This document shows, piece after piece, positions 1 to 7,836 of a stretch of DNA of 39,565 bases. Both the position numbers and the translations under genes were made by a program. The notes beneath the pieces are model-generated. The model ran no database searches and was not told where the DNA came from. It saw nothing but the letters and a program-made list of their open reading frames with translations. Position 1 is the first letter of the stretch, and the number at the start of each line of letters is the position of its first letter. The stretch lies in sequence record DRR723986_10154; one strand, written 5' to 3'.

Positions 1-1132
1 GAGCCATGAAATTCGCACCCCCATGAACGGAGTCTTGGGTACGCTTGATTTGCTGCTCGACACGGAACTGAAACCCGAGCAGCACCAACTTGCCTCCGCT
101 TCCAAGCGCAGCGCAGCCTCTTTGCTCAGTCTGCTCAACGACATTCTGGACATCTCCAAAGTAGAAAGCGGTCAGATGACACTGCGCCGCAGCCCCTTGG
201 AAATTGCGGATGTACTTGCCGATGTAGAGGCCGCATTGGCCTTTGATGCCCAAAGTAAAAACATTGAACTGCGGTGCCCTGCAGAGGGACTTCCCGAGTC
301 GGTATATGTGGGCGACTCCGTTCGCTTGCGGCAAATTTTATTGAATCTCGTGGGCAATGCCATCAAGTTCACCGATGTGGGGCATGTCAAAGTGACTTGT
401 CGGGAGTTGTCCCGCACAGGGCAAGTGGCCACGCTGGAATTTGCGGTCAAAGACACGGGTGTGGGTATCGCCCCCGAGCACCAGAAGAATCTGTTCAAGC
501 GATTCACACAAGTTGACAGTTCCAGCACACGGCGTGCGCAAGGCAGTGGTCTTGGTTTGGCGATTGTCAAGGAACTGGTCGAACTGATGGGTGGGCAAGT
601 GCGCCTGCACAGCGAGCCTGGCAACGGCACTGAAGTGGTGTTCTCCTTGAAACTGGGTTTGCCAACGCTGAGTGATTCAACCGAGCGCGATCAGTTTGCC
701 CCACCTGCGCCGGCAGCAATCCAAACTGAGACCATCCCGCCCGTTCAGCAATTTCATGGAAAAATTCTGGTGGTCGAGGATGCCGCCATGAACCAGATGG
801 TGGTGTGCAAGGTACTGGAGCGCCTTGGCCTGGCCAGCAAGGTGGCCAACAATGGTCAAGAGGCAATTGAGCTTCTTGCGACAGAGCAATTTGATTTGGT
901 GCTCATGGATGGCCAAATGCCCGTGATGGATGGTTATGAGGCCACCGCGGTTATTCGCAGTGGCACTGTGCCGGGTGTTAATCCGGACATCCCGGTGGTG
1001 GCGCTGACCGCGCATGCCATGGTGGGGGAAGATCAAAAGTGTCTGAATGTCGGCATGAATGATTACCTGACCAAACCTTTGGACCGTGCCAAATTAATCG
1101 AGGTCCTGGGCAAGTATCTGCCAAAAGCCTGA
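1..1132 (+). CDS. Hybrid sensor histidine kinase/response regulator, 5'-truncated by the window edge
   Basis: Frame is open from base 2 and reads SHEIRTPMNG (H-box). Also N-box LLNLVGNAIKFT, G1 DTGVGI, G2 GSGLGL and a C-terminal receiver (LVVED, DLVLMDGQMP, KP). No Hpt domain. Confidence 0.95.
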   Translation, partial: SHEIRTPMNGVLGTLDLLLDTELKPEQHQLASASKRSAASLLSLLNDILDISKVESGQMTLRRSPLEIADVLADVEAALAFDAQSKNIELRCPAEGLPESVYVGDSVRLRQILLNLVGNAIKFTDVGHVKVTCRELSRTGQVATLEFAVKDTGVGIAPEHQKNLFKRFTQVDSSSTRRAQGSGLGLAIVKELVELMGGQVRLHSEPGNGTEVVFSLKLGLPTLSDSTERDQFAPPAPAAIQTETIPPVQQFHGKILVVEDAAMNQMVVCKVLERLGLASKVANNGQEAIELLATEQFDLVLMDGQMPVMDGYEATAVIRSGTVPGVNPDIPVVALTAHAMVGEDQKCLNVGMNDYLTKPLDRAKLIEVLGKYLPKA

Positions 1133-1149
1133 TCGATTGCAGGTCGTGC

Positions 1150-1506
1150 TCAAGCGGCCTGCATGCTTTTTCTCAAGGCGAGAATGTAGCGCGCAACGTC
1201 GTGCAGGGAATCCAGTGTATGAATGCAGCTTGACGCATCCCCTTCCTTGGCGGCCTGCTCCAGTTGTTTAACGCCGGGGTGAAATCTCTCCAGCCCCAAA
1301 TTCTGAGCGGCACCCTTGAAGTAATGCGCCTTGCTGGCCACACCCGCATAATCGCCCGCCTGAACCCGGCTCACCAAACTGTCATGTTCACTGAGAAACT
1401 CGTCCAGAAACATATCGAGAATTTCAAGCAACAAAGCCGGGTCCCCGCACAGGCGATCCAGTGTGGTTTCCAGGTCAATTTCAGTCGACAAATTGCTCAA
1501 GTCCAT
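1150..1506 (-). CDS. Stand-alone Hpt phosphotransfer protein
   Basis: 118 aa helical protein with the Hpt motif AHYFKGAAQNLG. Confidence 0.9.
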   Translation of the reverse strand: MDLSNLSTEIDLETTLDRLCGDPALLLEILDMFLDEFLSEHDSLVSRVQAGDYAGVASKAHYFKGAAQNLGLERFHPGVKQLEQAAKEGDASSCIHTLDSLHDVARYILALRKSMQAA

Positions 1507-1515
1507 GGCCAGAGT

Positions 1516-1989
1516 TTACTTCAAATTGTTCATGCGCTCTTCATGTTCTTTGCGCAATTGTTTTCTGAGCTCGGCGTTGGCGTGTCGCTTCTTTTCTTCA
1601 TCGGTGGCGGGCTCAAGCGGTGGTACTTTTCCCGGTGTGCCGTCTGCATTCATGGCCACCATGGTGAAAAAGCAACTGTTGGTGTGCGTGGCGATTCCTT
1701 TGTGGATGTCCTCAGACACCACTTTGATGCCCACTTCCATGGAAGTATTGCCGGTGTAATTGACGCTGGCCAAAAAAGTCACCAGTTCGCCTACACGAAT
1801 GGGCTGACGAAACAAAACCCTGTCCACTGAAAGCGTAACCACATACATGCCCGCATATCGGCTTGCACAGGCGTAAGCCACCTGATCAAGTAACTTCAAA
1901 ATATGCCCGCCGTGCACTTTGCCGCTGAAGTTGGCCATGTCGGGGGTCATCAGCACGGTCATGCTGAGCTGGTGGTTGGGAAATGGCAT
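1516..1989 (-). CDS. Acyl-CoA thioesterase (HotDog fold, YciA-like)
   Basis: Motifs MANFSGKVHGGHILKLLD, VTLSVDRVLFRQPI and TGNTSMEVG. Start is ATG 1989 or 2001; the longer ORF-track extension overlaps the opposite-strand gene. Confidence 0.9.
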   Translation of the reverse strand: MPFPNHQLSMTVLMTPDMANFSGKVHGGHILKLLDQVAYACASRYAGMYVVTLSVDRVLFRQPIRVGELVTFLASVNYTGNTSMEVGIKVVSEDIHKGIATHTNSCFFTMVAMNADGTPGKVPPLEPATDEEKKRHANAELRKQLRKEHEERMNNLK

Positions 1990-2059
1990 GGTGCGGGGCA
2001 TACAAGAGTCGTCGAAGAAAACAGTGTAGCGCGCCTTCGCGCGCGGTAGCACGTCTACA

Positions 2060-2884
2060 ATGAGCCTTGACTCATTTGCGGAGAACACTGTGGCTGCCGA
2101 GCTGACCAAGTACGCCATTTGGCTGTTAAGCCCCCTGGGTTTGTGGATCGTGCTGACCGCGTTGGCAGCTGCGGGATTTTTCGGGCGAAGGCAGTGGCGT
2201 GTCCGCATGGTGGTGTTGGCGCAACTGCAGTTGCTGGCCTTCAGCTTGCCCTGGGTAGGAGATACTTTGCTGGGCCAGCTTGAAGACGAAGCCCTGGTGC
2301 TGGAGGCCAACCGGCCTTTGCCGCCCAAAGTAGACGCGATTGTGGTCTTGGGCGGTGGTTTGGAGGGGCGGTACGACGGCGTGCGTGCACTGCCCGATTT
2401 GAACGACGCTGGCGACCGGGTGTGGCAGGGCGCACGCCTTTACAAACAGGGTGTGGCTTCGCGGATCGTGTTAAGTGGCGGGCAGTTTGAGGCTGACCCG
2501 CGCAAGGAGGCGGAAGCTCCCGGCATGAAAATGTTCATGCTCGACATGGGGGTGCCTGAAGAGGCTTTGGTGATTGAAAGCAATTCCCGTACTACTTTTG
2601 AAAATGCCTTGCGTACGCGAGAATTACTCGGTGAGGACTCCAGCAATATTGCATTGGTGACCTCTGCTTTTCACATGGGTCGTTCACTGTTGTGGTTTGA
2701 AAAAGCGGGTTTCACTGTGTACCCGGTGCGCGCCGATATTCGTGTGCTCAATGAAAGCCGCGCATTTTGGGAATACTTGCCCAAGCCACAGGCACTGGAC
2801 GAAAGTACCATTGCGATCAAAGAATACCTTGGCCGCTTGCAGTTGAAAGTCAGTGGCGCTTATGAGACAAGGGGAAGCCAGTGA
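2060..2884 (+). CDS. YdcF/ElyC family (DUF218) envelope protein
   Basis: N-terminal TM helices, then IVVLGGG, IVLSGG, ESNSRTTFENA and LVTSAFHMGRS. Confidence 0.9.
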   Translation: MSLDSFAENTVAAELTKYAIWLLSPLGLWIVLTALAAAGFFGRRQWRVRMVVLAQLQLLAFSLPWVGDTLLGQLEDEALVLEANRPLPPKVDAIVVLGGGLEGRYDGVRALPDLNDAGDRVWQGARLYKQGVASRIVLSGGQFEADPRKEAEAPGMKMFMLDMGVPEEALVIESNSRTTFENALRTRELLGEDSSNIALVTSAFHMGRSLLWFEKAGFTVYPVRADIRVLNESRAFWEYLPKPQALDESTIAIKEYLGRLQLKVSGAYETRGSQ

Positions 2885-3912
2885 AGGTACTCAAACTGTT
2901 GGCAACTGGTTTGTTGGGCTCTTTGTTTTGCTTGTTGTTAACCGGTACTGCACACGCAGGCCCAGTGCTGAATGCCATCTACAAACGCGATGCAGTGCGT
3001 TGCGGCGTGAGCAGTGGCGTGGCTGGTTTTTCGGCCCTGGGCAGCGATGGGCAATGGCGCGGGCTGGATGTTGATGTGTGTCGGGCCGTTGCTGCGGCCG
3101 TGTTGGGCGATGCACGGAAAGTGCAGTTCACCCCCTTGAGTTCACAGCAACGTTTTGCTGCTTTGCAGGCCAATCAAATTGACATTCTTTCCCGCAACAC
3201 CACATGGACCCTGGGCCGTGATGCAGGTTTGAACGCACACTTTGCAGCCATTACGTATTTTGACGGTCAAGGCATTTTGATGCACAAACGCTTTGGCGTA
3301 AAAAGCGCCAAAGAATTGAAGGGCGCCGAAATTTGTGTGCAATCGGGCACCACCAACGAGAAAAACCTGAGCACTTATTTGGGCTCGCAAGGCATCACCG
3401 CCAAAGCCATTGTGTATGACAATTTTGAGGCCGCGTACAAAGCCTTTTTCAGCGGTCGTTGCCAGGCTTTCTCAACGGATGTGTCGGCGCTGATTGGTTT
3501 GAAAAGCAGCCAAAGTGGCCGTCCTGAAGATTATGTGGTGTTGCCGGAAGTTTTTTCCAAAGAACCCTTGGGTCCCGCAGTGTTGCGTGGGGATGACGAA
3601 TTTTTTGCCATCGTGAAATGGACTGTGTTTGCGATGATTGAGGCTGAAGAGCTGGGCGTTGGACAAGCAAATCTTGATCAAGCTTTGAGTAACAACAACC
3701 CGGCAGTTCAGCGCCTGTTGGGGGGTGCGGAGAACCTGGGCAAACCGCTGGGCTTGCCGCGTGACTGGGTGGTACGCATTCTTCGGCAAGTGGGCAATTA
3801 CGGTGAAGTGTTCGATGCCAATTTGGGCAAACATTCGCCCTTGAAACTTGAACGTGGTTTGAATGCGCTTTGGACCCAAGGCGGGCTTATGTACGCCCCA
3901 CCTTTGCGGTGA
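2881..3912 (+). CDS. aapJ: General L-amino-acid ABC transporter substrate-binding protein (AapJ/BztA-like)
   Basis: Signal peptide, GLDVDVCRAVAAA, LSRNTTWT, SKEPLGP, and the C-terminus RGLNALWTQGGLMYAPPLR typical of AapJ. GTG start overlaps the upstream stop. Confidence 0.9.
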   Translation: MKVLKLLATGLLGSLFCLLLTGTAHAGPVLNAIYKRDAVRCGVSSGVAGFSALGSDGQWRGLDVDVCRAVAAAVLGDARKVQFTPLSSQQRFAALQANQIDILSRNTTWTLGRDAGLNAHFAAITYFDGQGILMHKRFGVKSAKELKGAEICVQSGTTNEKNLSTYLGSQGITAKAIVYDNFEAAYKAFFSGRCQAFSTDVSALIGLKSSQSGRPEDYVVLPEVFSKEPLGPAVLRGDDEFFAIVKWTVFAMIEAEELGVGQANLDQALSNNNPAVQRLLGGAENLGKPLGLPRDWVVRILRQVGNYGEVFDANLGKHSPLKLERGLNALWTQGGLMYAPPLR

Positions 3913-3918
3913 AGGGGC

Positions 3919-4752
3919 TTGCCGGTGAACTTTGAATTTCTCAATGACCCTGCCGGTTTTGGCCTCAGTGAAGGCTGGCTGCAGGTGGCATTCAGTTCAC
4001 CCTACTGGCAAATACTGCTGGCGGGATTGTTCAATACCTTGAAAGTTGCCCTGCCCGCCCTGTTCTTCAGCACCGTGCTGGGCCTGTTCATTGGTCTGGG
4101 CCAATTGGCACAGCACCCTTTGTTGAAAGGGCTGTGCAGGGGCTACATTCACCTGTTTCGCAATGTGCCTTTGTTGCTGCAACTGTTGGCGATTTATTTT
4201 GCCATTACCCAGTTTCTACCCATCGCCAGCCAGGCGTGGTCGCTGGGCGACCATGTGTTTTTGAGCAAAAGTGGCTTGGCGTTTCCCTCGTTTTCAGAAG
4301 CGCCGGTGCGTGGGCGGTTTTCGATTGAAGGCGGCTGGGCACTAAGCCCGGAATACCTCGCTGTGTTGCTGGCGCTGGTGGTTTACACGGCCGCTTTTGT
4401 GGCCGAAATCGTGCGCGCGGGCGTGCAATCCGTGAGGCCCGGCATGCGTCAGGGCGCGCTGGCCTTGGGTCTGAACAATGCACAAACCACCCGCCACGTG
4501 GTGTTGCCGTTGGCCCTGCGTGTGGTGGTGCCTTCACTGTCGAACCAGTATTTGAATCTGTTGAAAAATGCGTCACTGGGCGTGGCGGTGGGTTACCCGG
4601 AATTGGTATCCGTGGCCAACACGGCAATTAACCAAAGCGGAAAAGCGGTGGAATGTGTGTTCATCATATTGGTCACCTATGCCTTGCTCAGCGCGGTGGC
4701 TGCCAGCCTGATGAACGTGCTCAATACCCGCGTCAACAGGGGGGCCTTGTGA
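3919..4752 (+). CDS. aapQ: Amino-acid ABC permease (AapQ/BztB-like), short N-terminus
   Basis: GLFNTLKVA, FRNVPLLLQL, EAA-like AEIVRAGVQSV, NQYLNLLKNASL and VGYPELV. Confidence 0.85.
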   Translation: MPVNFEFLNDPAGFGLSEGWLQVAFSSPYWQILLAGLFNTLKVALPALFFSTVLGLFIGLGQLAQHPLLKGLCRGYIHLFRNVPLLLQLLAIYFAITQFLPIASQAWSLGDHVFLSKSGLAFPSFSEAPVRGRFSIEGGWALSPEYLAVLLALVVYTAAFVAEIVRAGVQSVRPGMRQGALALGLNNAQTTRHVVLPLALRVVVPSLSNQYLNLLKNASLGVAVGYPELVSVANTAINQSGKAVECVFIILVTYALLSAVAASLMNVLNTRVNRGAL

Positions 4753-5735
4753 ACCCCAGCCTTTTGATCAATCGTTTTTTGTGGCTGGCCCTGCCACTGC
4801 TGTTGGCCCCGTTGGCGTGGGGCCTGCTAGATTGGGCTGTGCTGAGTGCGGTGTTTCGTCCTGATTTGCAAGCTTGTCAACTGGCAGCAGGCCAGGGCGC
4901 CTGCTGGGGGGTGGTGGCTGAAAAATGGCGGGTTATTGTGTTTGGCCGTTATCCAGTGACTGAACAGTGGCGCGCAGCCACTGTGTTGGTGTTGTGGTCA
5001 GCATTGCTGTTTGCCACGGCTGCAAGGGTATTCAAAAGCAAAACCGCATTCTCGCTTTGGGCGCTGTTGCTGCCTGCCAGTGCAGTGTTGCTGCATGGTG
5101 GTTTTGCTGATTTGGCCGTGGTGCCCACCCACCTGTGGGGCGGCCTGCCGCTCACGCTGATTTTAAGCACTGTGGGCTTTGCCATGGCCCTGCCGCTGGC
5201 CGTGCTGCTGGCCTTGGGGCGGCAATCTGAATTCGCACCAATTCGACAGTTTTGTGTGGCCTACATTGAACTGTTGCGGGCCTTGCCACTGGTCACAGTC
5301 TTGTTTCTTGCCGCCTTTGTACTGCCTTTGTGGTTGCCTGGTGAGGGTTTGGACCTCTTCACCCGTGTGTTAATCACCATCGCATTGTTCAGCGCCGCCT
5401 ACCTGGCGGAGGTGTTGCGTGGCGGTTTGCAGGCAGTGCCAGCCGGTCAGGGACAAGCTGCCAAGGCACTGGGTCTGAATGTGATACAGCGCAATGTGCA
5501 TGTGGTATTGCCACAGGCAATTCGAGCCTGTTTGCCCAGCCTCACCAACAGCTTTGTCACTTTGTTCAAGGAATGCTCACTGGTCACCATCGTGGCTTTG
5601 TTTGAGTTGACTGGCGCCCTCAGCCTGGCCCTGGCCGGGGATGTGCAATGGCGCAGCTTTTACCTGGAGGGGTATTTGTTCATTGGCCTGGTGTACTGGG
5701 CCTATTGCTTTGGTTTGTCGAAAACGGTCAAATAG
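4749..5735 (+). CDS. aapM: Amino-acid ABC permease (AapM/BztC-like)
   Basis: GACWG..FGRYP..EQWR, WGGLPLTL and AYLAEVLRGGLQA. Likely GTG start at 4749 overlapping the upstream TGA. Confidence 0.85.
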   Translation: MNPSLLINRFLWLALPLLLAPLAWGLLDWAVLSAVFRPDLQACQLAAGQGACWGVVAEKWRVIVFGRYPVTEQWRAATVLVLWSALLFATAARVFKSKTAFSLWALLLPASAVLLHGGFADLAVVPTHLWGGLPLTLILSTVGFAMALPLAVLLALGRQSEFAPIRQFCVAYIELLRALPLVTVLFLAAFVLPLWLPGEGLDLFTRVLITIALFSAAYLAEVLRGGLQAVPAGQGQAAKALGLNVIQRNVHVVLPQAIRACLPSLTNSFVTLFKECSLVTIVALFELTGALSLALAGDVQWRSFYLEGYLFIGLVYWAYCFGLSKTVK

Positions 5736-5786
5736 AAATCGACAGTTGCTGACTAGAGTGGAATTTCTAGCGCAGCAAAATAATTA

Positions 5787-5804
5787 AGTGTACATTTGTA
5801 CACT
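5787..5804. promoter_or_regulatory. 18-bp palindromic operator AGTGTACA-TT-TGTACACT (FabR/DesT-like TetR site)
   Basis: Perfect 8-bp arms in an AT-rich intergenic region 40 bp upstream of the hydrolase ATG. Resembles the FabR consensus AGCGTACAnnTGTACGCT. Confidence 0.65.
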
Positions 5805-5844
5805 AATAAAAACACACCGTCGAATTCCGATTCGGAGACACCGC

Positions 5845-7128
5845 ATGAGCAAAAAAGAAGAACCCAGCACCGGCGAGAAACTGGAAGGCACACTGATGTT
5901 TGTGGGTGACACCATTGCGCAGGCCACCACACGGGTGCATGAATTTCACCGCGCCATTAGCGACATGCCATTCAAGGCGGTGGGTGCTGCCACGCTCAAT
6001 GCCAGCAAACCTGTTGAATCGGTTCACAACGAAATTACTGATTTGGTTTACAGCGCCGTTCGAGAGGCGGGCAAAGGCGTATTTTCGGGTGCAGCCTGGG
6101 TGGTTCGGCAAGCCAACCAAAGCCTGGCCTCGCCTCAGGTGATTGACCAGGCCATGGGTGGCGAACTCATGGACGATGTGGACCACTTGCCTGTACCCGC
6201 CATGCCGAATGCGAAAACCGACAAACGGGTGTCGGCGATTTCCAGCGCGATCAACGGAGTGTTTGGCGACCATTTGGCCGCCACGCGCAACCCCATGCAA
6301 GTACACATGAATCTGTATGCCAATGGTCAGCTGTTGCAGGCTGACCAGGCTGCGTTGATGGCACAGTTTCCCAACGCTCAAAATCACTTGGTCATTTTCG
6401 TACATGGGCTGTGCTGCAACGAAGACAGCTGGCAGATGTACTACAACCCCAGTGAACCCGCCACTCGCCCTTATGGTGACAAGCTGGAAGACGATTTTCC
6501 GGTCACAGCGCTTTACCTGCGATATAACACCGGCCGCAACATTGATTCCAATGCCCGGCAATTCAAGCGCATGTTGAACAAATTGGTGCGCAACTGGCCA
6601 GTGGCGGTGGAAGGCATTACGCTGGTGGGCCACAGCATGGGTGGCTTGGTCAGCCGAGCGGTCGTTGAGGCACTGACTGACGATGACATTATTTTGAAAC
6701 GTGCCATTCGCGATGTGGTGTGTTTGGGTTCACCCCATGCCGGTGCACCGCTTGCTCGGCTTGCAGCGGCGGGTGAGCAATTGTTCAGCAAGTTTGAATT
6801 GGCCAGGCCGATTGGCCGGGTGCTGGGTGTGCGTTCACGCGGCATCCGCGATCTTGATCATGGCCTGGGTGCCTTGCAAACCCGCGATGGTCGGGAAGTG
6901 ATGTTTCACCTGATCGGGTCAACGATTGGTGACCACACTTCCTCTTGGTTGAACACCACTGTGGGTGACGGGTTGGTCACTCCCGATTCTGCACTGGCCG
7001 ATGACACTGGCAAAGCGCAACGCGTCACATTCGCGCAAAAGCACCACATGACTTTGCTCAACGATCCTGACGTGTTTCTGGAACTGAAAATGGTGTTGCG
7101 CCAACACCTGCGCCCGCGCTTGGTTTGA
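5845..7128 (+). CDS. Alpha/beta-hydrolase, PGAP1/lipase-like
   Basis: Oxyanion FVHGL, nucleophile GHSMGG, LGSPHAGAPLA, GDGLV (Asp) and HHMTLLN (His). GGAG SD precedes ATG 5845. Confidence 0.85.
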   Translation: MSKKEEPSTGEKLEGTLMFVGDTIAQATTRVHEFHRAISDMPFKAVGAATLNASKPVESVHNEITDLVYSAVREAGKGVFSGAAWVVRQANQSLASPQVIDQAMGGELMDDVDHLPVPAMPNAKTDKRVSAISSAINGVFGDHLAATRNPMQVHMNLYANGQLLQADQAALMAQFPNAQNHLVIFVHGLCCNEDSWQMYYNPSEPATRPYGDKLEDDFPVTALYLRYNTGRNIDSNARQFKRMLNKLVRNWPVAVEGITLVGHSMGGLVSRAVVEALTDDDIILKRAIRDVVCLGSPHAGAPLARLAAAGEQLFSKFELARPIGRVLGVRSRGIRDLDHGLGALQTRDGREVMFHLIGSTIGDHTSSWLNTTVGDGLVTPDSALADDTGKAQRVTFAQKHHMTLLNDPDVFLELKMVLRQHLRPRLV

Positions 7129-7143
7129 AACCTGGCAGCGCGA

Positions 7144-7710
7144 TTAAAAGTTGTAGGTGGAAGTTTTGCTTTCCTGCAAAAACACACGTTGCGTGGTGAG
7201 CAGGTAATTCACCAGCAGGTCGGCGTAGGTGCGCTTGAATTTCGATTCGCGCATGCCTGTTTCAACCAGGTTCAGGCCGTAGTACTTCAAGGCCAGGTGG
7301 GCTTGCTGACATTCTTTGGTCCAGCAATCCAGCGGTTCCAGAATCTGGTTCACAGCATCCTGAAAACCGGTGGTGAAGTTCAGGAAGTCTGCTTCGTTCA
7401 TGTCTTCGATCATTTCCAGCGCATTGTGCTCTGCATGCATGTGCTGAGCGTGCACGCCATTGCGTGGCCGGGTTTGAAATACATTCAGGAATTGAAACAG
7501 CAAGGGCTCCGGCAAATGGGAGCTGGGCACGCCGTAGAGTAACTGCACACGGCTCAAATCAATTTGCAGCTGCATCGCAAACAGGCCACTGATGTTACGT
7601 GAACTCAAAGCCCAACAGGCACCCAGCGTTTCAAAAAACACCTCGCGCTCGAAGGAGTATTTTTTGTAAGGGCTGCTGTGCAGCACTTGATAGGGTGCTC
7701 GAATGGTCAT
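7144..7710 (-). CDS. Hypothetical protein
   Basis: 188 aa ORF filling the gap between genes with coding-like composition; no family recognised. Confidence 0.65.
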   Translation of the reverse strand: MTIRAPYQVLHSSPYKKYSFEREVFFETLGACWALSSRNISGLFAMQLQIDLSRVQLLYGVPSSHLPEPLLFQFLNVFQTRPRNGVHAQHMHAEHNALEMIEDMNEADFLNFTTGFQDAVNQILEPLDCWTKECQQAHLALKYYGLNLVETGMRESKFKRTYADLLVNYLLTTQRVFLQESKTSTYNF

Positions 7711-7781
7711 GCTGAATCCAGTGCCTTGCCGTTCATCGTGTAAGTATTGTCGACTGCATTACCAAGGTGTGGCATCGCATA

Positions 7782-7836
7782 GGTGAGGGTTCACCGTTTG
7801 CGGGGAGGTTCACCATTTCAGGGGGTAGGTTTCCCC
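7782..7836. repeat. Three imperfect GGKGA-N3/4-TCACC-type palindromes at about 20-bp spacing
   Basis: GGTGAGGGTTCACC (7782-7795), GGGGAGGTTCACC (7802-7814), GGGGTAGGTTTCCCC (7822-7836). Confidence 0.5.
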
